Position numbers and translations under genes: made by a program. From a virus: DNA of 64,000 bases. Location: the IMG/VR virus record IMGVR_UViG_3300028287_000410, positions 43,763-107,762 of that record; one strand, 5' to 3'. The notes beneath the pieces are model-generated. The model was not told the DNA's origin. It saw only the letters and a program-made list of their open reading frames with translations, and did not search any database. Shown here in pieces: positions 29,951 to 39,703 of this stretch; position 1 is the first letter of the stretch; every line of letters begins with the position of its first letter.

Positions 29951-29992
29951 CTTGACAAATCTGCGAATCATGCTATATTAATTAAGTAATCA
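29951..29992 (+). promoter_or_regulatory. Sigma70-type (early) promoter, copy 2 of a 42-bp exact repeat
   Basis: Identical to 26612..26653; followed by a GAGAGG RBS and the lipoprotein start. Confidence 0.8.
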
Positions 29993-30002
29993 AAGAGAGG
30001 AA

Positions 30003-31748
30003 ATGATTCTTATGAAACTCAAAGCACTAACACTACTAACAATGTCAGTTGCAGTAGCAGGATGTCAAACCATTGCTGGTACAATTGATTCATCGCAACG
30101 AATGCTCAATCAACTCGGCTACAATGCTGGTCCAGTTGACGGCGCTTATGGTAAGAAAACACGTGGTGCTTTAGAAAAGTTCTATGCTGATAATGGCTCG
30201 TCATATGATGGTAAACTTGATGCAAATGAAGTTGCTGATTTGACTGAGGCAATGGATGCGGCAGGGCTAGATTCATATCAAGTAGATGCACACACATCGC
30301 AATTTTCAGGCAAACACTACGGCACAGATTTAAAAATGCGTGGTAATAAATATATCCTGCCATTGCGCTCAACAACTAATGCACCAGATAAAATTCATCA
30401 CGATGACCAACGTACTTGGGCAATCACATATGATACTGATGAAACAAATTTTTACGCGGTGGGAGATTTCAATAATGACGGTGTTCGTGATTATTTCGTA
30501 ACTTTTGCTCAATGGGATCTGCTTGGCGAACTTGGCGCCGACGGTACATTTATAGGCGAGGGCTGGCAAGTAGGCAAATCAATGTCTTATGCGATGATAG
30601 CTGGTGACCCGGAGACGGGGTATGCGACTCCAAATCTATACATGATGGGAGGTGCGAAATTTAATTTCAAAGGAGAAAACTTAACTGACCGTATTATTCA
30701 AACAGGTAATTTGGGTAAGCTAGTAACACATCAACCAGCGCCTGTTCAGCCACTTGTAGCAGATTTCAACGGTGACGGAGTAGACGATGTTTATGTTGCT
30801 TCCGCAGTTCGTAATGGAGCTAATAATCAGGCGTTTCACAACTACTTCTTGTCTCAACCCGATGGTACGTTTTTAGAGTCAAGCAAAACACATCTTCGTG
30901 GTCATAGCATTGATAGAAAAACTGGGCGTTTCACCAAATTCTCTCACCGCGCTGAGGTTTCTGATTTAGATAATGATGGAGATATGGACATTGTTTTTGC
31001 TCATGTTGAATGGATTGGCAATAATGGAGAAATCGGTTGTTTTATTAACGATGGCACGGGGAAAATGAAAAGTAAGCGTTGCGGCAATCAACACGGAACT
31101 AATGTTAAAGTAGGCGACTTTAATGGTGATGGTCACAAAGACATGTTAGCTTTTCCTTCAGGCACATACGAATGCAGTAACTATTTTGGTGAAGATAAAA
31201 GACGGAAATACCCTGCAACTAAGGCTCAGCGTACGCCGCGTGTAATGTTCGGAAATGGCACGAATAACTGGTCTATTAATCGTGGGCACACATTCAACGG
31301 TGGCTCAGTTGGTTATCAACAGCATAGAACAGACATTAAAATCCCTCTTTGTAATATACCAGAAGCAATCGTAATGGATGTCGATAATGATGGCGACTTA
31401 GACTTGGTAGGTAATGCTGTCGGATATCAGTACACAGGAGGATATTTCGTTGTTTTCAAAAATGATGGAGCGGGGAACTTTACTATTAGTAACACAATTG
31501 CTGCAAAGTACCCTCGTCCAGAAATGATTGACTATGATACGTTCCCAAAAGAAGAGGCTGGTCATGGTTTGCAAGGCTATTGCTACAGTCTTTATACAAT
31601 TGACATTAACCATGATGGAAATATGGATTTCATGTGTGATGGGAATAGGTCACAACCAGTAGATGGCACAGTTTGGGTTAATGATGGTACAGGTAATTTC
31701 AAGCGTTTAGGCAAGTCACAGCTACAAAAGTTTGCAGATATCTTTTAA
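30003..31748 (+). CDS. Lipoprotein with peptidoglycan-binding domain and FG-GAP/VCBS repeats
   Basis: Signal peptide with VAGC lipobox; PG_binding_1-like QRMLNQLGYNAGPVDGAYGKKTRGAL; six D(F/L/V/I)(N/D)xDGxxD repeats. Confidence 0.85.
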   Translation: MILMKLKALTLLTMSVAVAGCQTIAGTIDSSQRMLNQLGYNAGPVDGAYGKKTRGALEKFYADNGSSYDGKLDANEVADLTEAMDAAGLDSYQVDAHTSQFSGKHYGTDLKMRGNKYILPLRSTTNAPDKIHHDDQRTWAITYDTDETNFYAVGDFNNDGVRDYFVTFAQWDLLGELGADGTFIGEGWQVGKSMSYAMIAGDPETGYATPNLYMMGGAKFNFKGENLTDRIIQTGNLGKLVTHQPAPVQPLVADFNGDGVDDVYVASAVRNGANNQAFHNYFLSQPDGTFLESSKTHLRGHSIDRKTGRFTKFSHRAEVSDLDNDGDMDIVFAHVEWIGNNGEIGCFINDGTGKMKSKRCGNQHGTNVKVGDFNGDGHKDMLAFPSGTYECSNYFGEDKRRKYPATKAQRTPRVMFGNGTNNWSINRGHTFNGGSVGYQQHRTDIKIPLCNIPEAIVMDVDNDGDLDLVGNAVGYQYTGGYFVVFKNDGAGNFTISNTIAAKYPRPEMIDYDTFPKEEAGHGLQGYCYSLYTIDINHDGNMDFMCDGNRSQPVDGTVWVNDGTGNFKRLGKSQLQKFADIF

Positions 31749-31769
31749 TTTAGAAACACATCTATAAAA

Positions 31770-32461
31770 TTAAAATGGGGCACCAAGTGTCCCATTTTTT
31801 ATGTTTTCTAAAATCAATCTAGCCCACTCTGCGTGTGCATCAGCACCAAAATGTTCTGCTGGTGTTCGTTCATATCCATTATTTACAAGATATTCCCAGT
31901 AAGGTGTTGCACAATGAAATCCTCATTGTACACACTTCTGTCACTCTCTGTCATCCAATAAGTATATCCAGATTTATCAAGCATATACTTTGCACTAAGT
32001 ATATTCTTTATCTTTAAAATATCTGTATATTCCGGATCTGCGATATATTTAATATAATAATCGTAAAACTTTCTGTTATCTTTACTAACTTTCCATCTAG
32101 AACCGTCAGGATTAATACCATCATATCCCATTCCAACTGAGAAGTTCTGATACCCATCTTGTGTTTTTAATTCAATTCTATCAGGGCCTGTCCATTGGAT
32201 AAGGAACTTATCTCCCTTTTCTGCCTTGTGCGTTTCACCGAAGAATTCAAACCCATCATTTAATAAATCATATATAACACGATGTATTCTATCGTTGCTA
32301 CCTCCAGGCCAAGACAAGTTAATAGGATCAAGTCCCAACTCACGTGCTACGATTGCCCCATAGCAGTTCGTTAGGTTGGTATCAGTAAAATGACCAATAC
32401 CAGCGCCTTCTATTTCGCATCCCATGCCATGGGAACACGCAATGATGAATAACTTACTCAT
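31770..32461 (-). pseudogene. SGNH hydrolase-like gene split by a -1 frameshift near 31920
   Basis: Frame 0 (ACSHGMG, GGSN) stops at 31883 with no catalytic His. The -1 frame continues ...TPAEHFGADAHAEWARLILENI to a stop at 31770. Confidence 0.6.
31772..31800. terminator. Rho-independent terminator between convergent genes
   Basis: AAAATGGGGCAC-CAA-GTGTCCCATTTTTT hairpin with T-tract, just after the lipoprotein stop. Confidence 0.75.
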
Positions 32462-33321
32462 AGGTGCCACTCATAATCTTTTGCATATCCTGCATATATA
32501 CGTTGTCCTGTTGGATTTAAATGCCACGAATCAAAAAATATACAAGATTCTTTTCCAAATTTATTTTCGATTGGACTTAAAAAATATTTTCGTATATTAT
32601 CGCTATAATAACCTGGTGTTTTTAATTTGCGTTCTAATCTAACATTAAGATTTTTTATTGCAGTTTCAGCATCATCTCCATATGTATCTATCAGATACTT
32701 TATTTGTACGTGAAAGAAATCATTTATCAAACAATGCCCTGTTGGTAATTTCATAGCATCTGTTAAGTCATAATAATTTGTTACTTCTGGTATGAACGTT
32801 CTCAGTGAGTAATCAGGCATATACTCCGTAACATAATCACTTTTTACTTCAATTGGCTCAAAATGCCCATGTAATATTTTGAAATTTGCCCCAGTATCCC
32901 GTAAAACTAGAGAAATATAATTATTCCAAGTACTATGTTTTAGTCTATCTCCCAATGGCGAATTGAATCTATCTGCATAATCTAAAATTCTTTTGTCTTT
33001 ACTCTCTGCGTAATCTGACCAAATATCAGGATGATTAAGATCAGTGTCGATATACCTCGTAAACTGGTCTACTGATTCCTTTGGCGACATAAATCTAGGA
33101 CCAGTACTTAAACATATTAGAACAAAATCACCTGGTTGAATTTCAGCAATACAATCTCTGCACATAGTTACGATTGCTTCTGTTGAAATGCCAGCTTTCG
33201 CATAATTTTTTACCTCGTATCCCTTTTCAGAAAACACAATATCAACCCAACTTTGCTTTTGTCCTCTTGGAAAAGTGCTATCCTGAAAACTGTCGCCGAA
33301 TACCCAACACTTCTTAGACAT
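32458..33321 (-). CDS. SGNH hydrolase-like protein
   Basis: WVFGDSF, NYAKAGIS and terminal DSWHLNPTGQ (DxxH). Confidence 0.78.
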   Translation of the reverse strand: MSKKCWVFGDSFQDSTFPRGQKQSWVDIVFSEKGYEVKNYAKAGISTEAIVTMCRDCIAEIQPGDFVLICLSTGPRFMSPKESVDQFTRYIDTDLNHPDIWSDYAESKDKRILDYADRFNSPLGDRLKHSTWNNYISLVLRDTGANFKILHGHFEPIEVKSDYVTEYMPDYSLRTFIPEVTNYYDLTDAMKLPTGHCLINDFFHVQIKYLIDTYGDDAETAIKNLNVRLERKLKTPGYYSDNIRKYFLSPIENKFGKESCIFFDSWHLNPTGQRIYAGYAKDYEWHL

Positions 33322-34186
33322 TAGAAAGCTCCAACATTGTTGGAATTATTTCTTTATTAATACAGTGAACATGATACGCATTATTAATATCAAAAACGGT
33401 ATCTGTAACTAATTGATTCCACGACGGCTTTAGCTCTGCTACAAAGTCACCATTTGATTTTATTCGCATTTGCAACCATTGAAAAAACACTTCATCTGAT
33501 GGATGAAATAAAAGGTGTTCTTGGTCGCTACTACTAACCTCTTTATAAGGCAATGTCATCGCATGAGTGTTTTGCGGTTCTGTTATGAAGTACTGCTGTT
33601 TGTGCTTATGAATTTCTATACAAAAATTTACGTAATCATTTACCATAGTTTCAGTTATTGTTTTTTTATTTAATATTAATAGTCCAGAATTATAACGATA
33701 TCGCAGTGTTTTGATATCTTCGAATGTCATCCCAGTGTACATGCAATAGTAGTACAAGAATGATGTGTCATACAAGTATGGTTTTTGTCTACAACTAACA
33801 GTGAGAACATGATTTTTATAACATTGTTGATCCAATACGCAATTATCAACATCATCTAATTTTTTGTACTCCATAAATACACTATCAAAATCTGCAAATA
33901 CGAAATATGTCATTTCAGGATAATCTTCTATTGCTGATAGTATAGTATAAAGTTTTCCTATGCCAGGGAACACTCTCATAGCATTTATCGGTATATTGTA
34001 ATCAGAGAATGTTCTACCAGTTAAATTGTATCTATATGGAACTTCGTCTCCGTAAAGTCTGTACTTCATATCATTAAATTCAGCAAAGCGTTTATGGTTT
34101 TGTATAATGTCTTGCTTATAAGGCTTTATTAAGTCATAATGTACACCTTTATATAGTGTGCTGATTAGCATAGTATCAGTCGCCAT
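33314..34186 (-). CDS. Putative glycosyltransferase (GT-A fold, nucleotide-diphospho-sugar transferase)
   Basis: K...YFVFADFDS (DxD), YNSGLLIL, SDEVFF and HVH, a layout resembling GT8/GT34. Confidence 0.7.
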   Translation of the reverse strand: MATDTMLISTLYKGVHYDLIKPYKQDIIQNHKRFAEFNDMKYRLYGDEVPYRYNLTGRTFSDYNIPINAMRVFPGIGKLYTILSAIEDYPEMTYFVFADFDSVFMEYKKLDDVDNCVLDQQCYKNHVLTVSCRQKPYLYDTSFLYYYCMYTGMTFEDIKTLRYRYNSGLLILNKKTITETMVNDYVNFCIEIHKHKQQYFITEPQNTHAMTLPYKEVSSSDQEHLLFHPSDEVFFQWLQMRIKSNGDFVAELKPSWNQLVTDTVFDINNAYHVHCINKEIIPTMLELSNV

Positions 34187-35342
34187 TTAAATATCCCTCT
34201 AGTCCTGAGAATACATCATTAAAGTTCTGTTCTCTAATCTTGTCGATTTGATTAATATCTTTGCGCACATTTAAGAAATCCATTTGAGTATTGTTCATAT
34301 AGTTTACAACACCATCGATAGTTTTTTCTTGTAGAATATCATTCCATTCTACAAGAAATTCATTTTCAATTCTATCAGTTATAATATTCTTAACTTCTTT
34401 CGGTAATGCTGCAATGCTTGTATTAGCATCATATACAATATTTAGCCAGACTGGGATTTGTTTCTCATAATAATATTCTAGGCTCTCAATAAGATTAAAG
34501 ATACTATATACACTCACTCCATAGCTGATGGTTGGAGTAATACCTGCGTTAACATATCTTTGTAACGTATCTTCATATACACTCCACTCTGCTGGATATC
34601 TAGAATATTCGAACCCTTCACGAACCCCATCTGCACTTAACATAATAGTGATATGTTTAAAGTGCGGCCAGATATTTTTAACTGCATGTTCTGGGAATAT
34701 AGTACCGTTCGTAGCGTAACTTACTGTAATATTCTTACTCAATCCACGTTCAATCAGTCTTTCTAAGAATTGAAATTGTTGCTTAATAAGCATTGGTTCA
34801 CCGCCAAAGATTTCAATTGCTTCAACATGTTCCATCATTGTATCTAGTTCTTCCCAGAACTTGTCATTATTATACCATTTGAAGTTTGCTAATTGCAAAT
34901 CAGAGAATACTTTATTTGTATTGAATAGTTTCTTCTTGTCATCAATCCATTTTGAACTACTAAATTCGTTGCATATACGGCATTTAAGATTACATGTATT
35001 TCCTGGCTTTATATCTATAATCTTTAAGTTGAATTCGCCACGCTTAATATTATCAATTTCCATAGCATAGCGTTCATTCTCTCGCATACGTCTACTAACG
35101 TTACCATTGGCTTCTTCGCTATAGCATTTCCGGCACCCGGAATTAGGTTTATCGGCAAGCATTTTATCTTGCATGTTTTTAATCCAAGTACTATTTCTAA
35201 TGTCATGTATACTATCAGTTCTAGCATTAAAATGCGAACCATCGTCTTTAAGATAGTGTCCATCGTATACACAACATGGTCTAATTTTACCATTGGTATC
35301 TACTTCAAAATGCACAAAAGGAAGAACACAGAACTTACTCAT
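34176..35342 (-). CDS. Radical SAM protein with N-terminal twitch-like domain
   Basis: FCVLPF...RPCC...CRKC, then CNLKCRIC and GGEP. Confidence 0.93.
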   Translation of the reverse strand: MSKFCVLPFVHFEVDTNGKIRPCCVYDGHYLKDDGSHFNARTDSIHDIRNSTWIKNMQDKMLADKPNSGCRKCYSEEANGNVSRRMRENERYAMEIDNIKRGEFNLKIIDIKPGNTCNLKCRICNEFSSSKWIDDKKKLFNTNKVFSDLQLANFKWYNNDKFWEELDTMMEHVEAIEIFGGEPMLIKQQFQFLERLIERGLSKNITVSYATNGTIFPEHAVKNIWPHFKHITIMLSADGVREGFEYSRYPAEWSVYEDTLQRYVNAGITPTISYGVSVYSIFNLIESLEYYYEKQIPVWLNIVYDANTSIAALPKEVKNIITDRIENEFLVEWNDILQEKTIDGVVNYMNNTQMDFLNVRKDINQIDKIREQNFNDVFSGLEGYLNGD

Positions 35343-36532
35343 TAGAATAGTCCTTTAAATTCGTCTAGATAATCAACGATAGTATGTTCTCTGATAGTGT
35401 CTAATTCTTTTGTGTACTCTATCGCACTTTCCCATTTTGCTTTATTGTCTGGACCACCGAACATATTCTTTAGTTCGTTCATTTTCCAGTCATCAAATAT
35501 ATTTGAAAACCTGTCGTGAATAGAATCGCGCATTGCTTTTGGCAACACCGCTGGTGACAGAATGTCTGGATCATACACATAGTTATGATGTACCCAAACA
35601 CCGTGTTCTCTGTGGAAGAAGTTGAAAAAGTCTCCCAACGTGCTGTAGTTCATCCACGATACAGTCTGTGTAACGTCTAGTTCAAAGTCCTCTTCTTTAA
35701 GACGTAAGAAGTTCTTCATTACAGTATCCCATTCTGTTGGGAATCGGATGTAGTGATTTCTATCACCTAGATCATCAATAGAACACGATACTTTTACATG
35801 ATCGAACTTGCGCCATAGAGCAATGATATCTTCATTCATGTTCGTCATGTTGATGTTATACCATAGTTTGATATCTGTTTTACCCATTTCAACTAAACGC
35901 TCTAAGAACTTAAAGTGTTGTTTGATTAATGTTGGTTCCCCACCATTGATATAGAATGTCTTTACATTATCACAATGCTGTAGTAAGTCTTCCCAGAACC
36001 CCTCACGTTCAGGCCAACGAAAGCCTTCCATCGTGTTGTAGTCTGTTAACTTAAACGTTGTTGCTTTCTGTAGCTGGTCATAATCATTACGCCATTTACT
36101 ACTAGACGCCGGGTTACATGTTCTACATTTTACATTACAAACATTGCCCAACCTTAGCTCAACAAACTCTAGTTGTACGTCTTTCATGTATCCAGTGTCG
36201 TCAGTGGCGTCCCTAGCGACTCCTACAGTGTACTCAGGATAGTTCTTTATTTCTTCTATGCGTTTACTGTGCATACCTTTAGCTTCTTCGCTATAGCAAC
36301 GCAGACACGCTTGTGGTTTCTTACCATCTAATACTTGAAGTCTCGCCTTACGAAATGTTTCACTATTCATAGTATCAAACACTGTATCACGATTTAGATT
36401 GTAATATCTATTTTCGCCATCTTTAGCACTACTACGTGCTTGACGATGATCCGCAATACAACAATGCGTCACTCCGCCATGTGGATGTGTCGCTAAGTGT
36501 TGAAATAGTAATGGGCAGAATGTATCACTCAT
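35342..36532 (-). CDS. Radical SAM protein with N-terminal twitch-like domain
   Basis: FCPLLF...THCC...CLRC, then CNVKCRTC and GGEPT. Confidence 0.93.
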   Translation of the reverse strand: MSDTFCPLLFQHLATHPHGGVTHCCIADHRQARSSAKDGENRYYNLNRDTVFDTMNSETFRKARLQVLDGKKPQACLRCYSEEAKGMHSKRIEEIKNYPEYTVGVARDATDDTGYMKDVQLEFVELRLGNVCNVKCRTCNPASSSKWRNDYDQLQKATTFKLTDYNTMEGFRWPEREGFWEDLLQHCDNVKTFYINGGEPTLIKQHFKFLERLVEMGKTDIKLWYNINMTNMNEDIIALWRKFDHVKVSCSIDDLGDRNHYIRFPTEWDTVMKNFLRLKEEDFELDVTQTVSWMNYSTLGDFFNFFHREHGVWVHHNYVYDPDILSPAVLPKAMRDSIHDRFSNIFDDWKMNELKNMFGGPDNKAKWESAIEYTKELDTIREHTIVDYLDEFKGLF

Positions 36533-36536
36533 TTTT

Positions 36537-37547
36537 TTACTCTACTATTACATCTACAATATATGGATACAGATTTGTCATATCACGATATTCCTTGGAA
36601 CCCGTAATTTTATCGTCAATACAATTTCCCAATTTAATTCTACCAAAGTTAAACTTTGGAAGCCAATAATCGTAATAATCACCAACGTCATTTTCTTCAC
36701 ACCATTGATTTTTTGCATTTCGTAGGCTACGAATAGGATCTACCTCTGCTTTTTCTGTTGGTAGCGGCATCTCATTAAAAGTAAAATTGAATGCAGGATT
36801 TACGTATTCTTGCTGTTTTAATTCTTTAGCTTGAATAAGTTCTATATCATTAGTATAATAACATTGCTCTAAATCTTTACCTACAGTAGAATAATCAAGA
36901 AATAATACACCATTTGATGTACTATCGGTCATTGGTACAAACATATTATAATCTTCATCCGACAATCTACAATTTCCCTTTTCCAAAGACGAAGAGTTTC
37001 TAAAAACTAAAAAATCATTGTTAAAATTCGTTGCGCCGCCTTCCATACGATGAACTAGATAATTAACTTTTTCTAATAGCTCGAATAGTCTATCAAAGAA
37101 CTTTTCATCCGATTCGGGTAGTATACGTTTCGTCATAATATCATAACTACAATCTTCGAAAAAACGATGTAATGCATTTAGCTTATCGACTTGTGCATCA
37201 TTTCCATTGTATTCTAATACGAGGTTGTCTGGAATTATCCAATCATCATATCTCATAGCATTTATTTCAGAGATAACTTCATTCATTATCTTCTGTTTCT
37301 CTAAAATTTCAGGTGCAGTTAATGATGTATATGTATTAAAATTAATCGTGAATTCTTCCGAGTTATTCCATACTTTTATGAAATCTTTCACTGGTTTTAT
37401 ATCATACAACTCAAACAACAGTTCATATACATTTTCTTTTTTATAATCATTATGCTCTGCCAACTGAATTCTATTCGTACCAGAACTATCATGAAAAAAT
37501 TTCTTAGCTGGAATTTTAGAATATACGATTTTAATATTACGTGTCAT
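36537..37547 (-). CDS. Hypothetical protein (336 aa)
   Basis: Long in-operon ORF with LHRFFE and VHRME His motifs; no recognisable family. Confidence 0.7.
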   Translation of the reverse strand: MTRNIKIVYSKIPAKKFFHDSSGTNRIQLAEHNDYKKENVYELLFELYDIKPVKDFIKVWNNSEEFTINFNTYTSLTAPEILEKQKIMNEVISEINAMRYDDWIIPDNLVLEYNGNDAQVDKLNALHRFFEDCSYDIMTKRILPESDEKFFDRLFELLEKVNYLVHRMEGGATNFNNDFLVFRNSSSLEKGNCRLSDEDYNMFVPMTDSTSNGVLFLDYSTVGKDLEQCYYTNDIELIQAKELKQQEYVNPAFNFTFNEMPLPTEKAEVDPIRSLRNAKNQWCEENDVGDYYDYWLPKFNFGRIKLGNCIDDKITGSKEYRDMTNLYPYIVDVIVE

Positions 37548-37554
37548 GCATTAC

Positions 37555-38319
37555 TTACTTTTCTATTGTATACCTATTTATATCAAACGGGCTTCTTTTA
37601 TTTTGTCCGATGTTTATAAAATATTTCATTGCTTGTCTCGCTAACAACTTTTTATTAGTATCTGACATATGATTTAGTTTTTCAAAATATTTAAGGTTTT
37701 CCCTGCGTACTATTTGCATTAAGTTAAACTCATCGCCATCAAAAAGGTCACTAAATGAATGTAATACTAATACATCATTTTTCATAGTATTCAAATAAGT
37801 TTGTACAAGACTAAATTGATTTTTTACATCATCAGCATACATGCAGCGTGTTAAGTATGTTTGCCAAAATTCTTTATCTTTTTTAAAATATTTACATTGT
37901 TCTTTAGGAATAGAGGACAGTTCAAAATCAGGATCTATAAATTTCCACGCCGTAGAATGCCAACCTTGAGATTCATCATCTAATAAATTTGTAACACGTG
38001 AAGCATTGGTCACGCCGAATATTATAGTATCATTTTCGTCATACTCAGTTTCCATATAATGAAACAGCATTTGAACACTATAATTTAAACTAGTACCTGA
38101 GTTTGCATAATTTAAAAGACTCATATTCAAATTATCTGCTAATAAACCTGTCCAAGACAGACCTTGATTAGGTATATTATGAATCTTACCCGTGCTATGT
38201 TGAAAAAAACTATCCCCGAATACTACTAGCCGCCGGCCTTTTTTATTATTGTCAGTACGATGGATCTTGCGGTTTTCATAATTTATACTTAGTAATAAAT
38301 TTTTAAGTCTTCTAGTCAT
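37555..38319 (-). CDS. SGNH hydrolase-like protein
   Basis: VVFGDSF, NYANSGTS and terminal NHMS. Likely start 38319. Confidence 0.72.
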   Translation of the reverse strand: MTRRLKNLLLSINYENRKIHRTDNNKKGRRLVVFGDSFFQHSTGKIHNIPNQGLSWTGLLADNLNMSLLNYANSGTSLNYSVQMLFHYMETEYDENDTIIFGVTNASRVTNLLDDESQGWHSTAWKFIDPDFELSSIPKEQCKYFKKDKEFWQTYLTRCMYADDVKNQFSLVQTYLNTMKNDVLVLHSFSDLFDGDEFNLMQIVRRENLKYFEKLNHMSDTNKKLLARQAMKYFINIGQNKRSPFDINRYTIEK

Positions 38320-39703
38320 AGCGTTTCCACCAATCATATAATTCTGTATCTAGTTTGTAAATATCTTCTAATCGATACTGCTCTTGTCTAATCTTATCAA
38401 GTCTATCCTGATAGCCTTTACCATTCTTAAACTCTTGTTCGTGTGTATCTGGGAACTGTTCAGCAAACGTTGGGCGTTTCTTCATTTCGATAAGGGTATT
38501 TATTAGTGTCTCTTGCTTGTTAGTTGCAATGGGTTTCATATAATCAAGTAGCTCATCAATCTTTCTGTCCAGAATATGACGCGGCCACGCGAACGGTGAC
38601 ATAACGATGTCAGCATGGAACGCAAACATTATCTTTGTTTCCATACGTACATCTAGCTCTAATGATAAGTCAAACAAATCTTTTAGTGAGAACATGCCCG
38701 GACCAGTGATAGTCAAATCAAACAACATCCTGTGTTTACCGCCTGGTGCCGCCAGTCCTTGCTTAAAGTTGTCTAGCCACTCCTCCCATACGATACCTTT
38801 ACGAATGAACTCTACGATATCTCCTGTGCCATCAATACTCGCACACATCAACCAGTCTTTAAACTGTGGCAGATAGTCAAACAAGTTCTTGCCTTTAAAG
38901 TCTACACGTGATAGATTAGAATTATAACGCAAATGACAGTTCTTTGCAGAACCGTTGTTTACCATTTCTTCTAATGCCCACCAATGTATATCATACATAA
39001 GAGGTTCTCCGCCTACCCAATAGATTTCTTCTACTACGCCATCAGAGATAGCTTTCTTGAATTCAGGTTCAGCAACATCTTTCTGAAACTTTTGCATCTT
39101 TTGTTTAACTGTTGGTTGCATAAAAGGCTGATGTTCAATCGACCACATATCATGCTTTTTCTTTTCAGCTTCCCATGCACTTGATAATTGCTCACCGCAC
39201 ATACGACATTTAAAGTTGCATAGATTACTGTAGCGATAATCAAATGAGATTGTAGGCATAGTTGTATACCCATCATCATCTGTTTTGTCAAATGCTTCCT
39301 GAATTTTATCTTTAAACAGAACACCAGTGAACCACTTGCGATACGAACTTAGAGATAGAGTGTCATCATTACATACATCACATTGTGGGATACGTTCACC
39401 CGCCATTAGCTTCTTGCGAATGTCACGCATGTATGGGGAGTTCCAATGCTCTTCTAATGTCATCGGATTGAAATCATCAGCATCAGTTTTAGAATCAGTT
39501 ACTTTGCCATATTTTGAATCGTTTGATGCATCAATATATTGTTTCTGAAAAGAATGCTCTTCACGTGATGCACAACACATTCTACGTTCACCCTGTGGAG
39601 AGATATAAGTATGTGACCATGGTGCCATGCAGAAAGTTTTGTTTTCACTTTCTTCTGCACAACTCGCATCGTCTTTCCAGATGGGTATAATTCTTTTAGT
39701 CAT
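38312..39703 (-). CDS. Radical SAM protein with N-terminal twitch-like domain
   Basis: FCMAPW...RMCC...CDVC, then CNFKCRMC and GGEP. Confidence 0.93.
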   Translation of the reverse strand: MTKRIIPIWKDDASCAEESENKTFCMAPWSHTYISPQGERRMCCASREEHSFQKQYIDASNDSKYGKVTDSKTDADDFNPMTLEEHWNSPYMRDIRKKLMAGERIPQCDVCNDDTLSLSSYRKWFTGVLFKDKIQEAFDKTDDDGYTTMPTISFDYRYSNLCNFKCRMCGEQLSSAWEAEKKKHDMWSIEHQPFMQPTVKQKMQKFQKDVAEPEFKKAISDGVVEEIYWVGGEPLMYDIHWWALEEMVNNGSAKNCHLRYNSNLSRVDFKGKNLFDYLPQFKDWLMCASIDGTGDIVEFIRKGIVWEEWLDNFKQGLAAPGGKHRMLFDLTITGPGMFSLKDLFDLSLELDVRMETKIMFAFHADIVMSPFAWPRHILDRKIDELLDYMKPIATNKQETLINTLIEMKKRPTFAEQFPDTHEQEFKNGKGYQDRLDKIRQEQYRLEDIYKLDTELYDWWKRYD

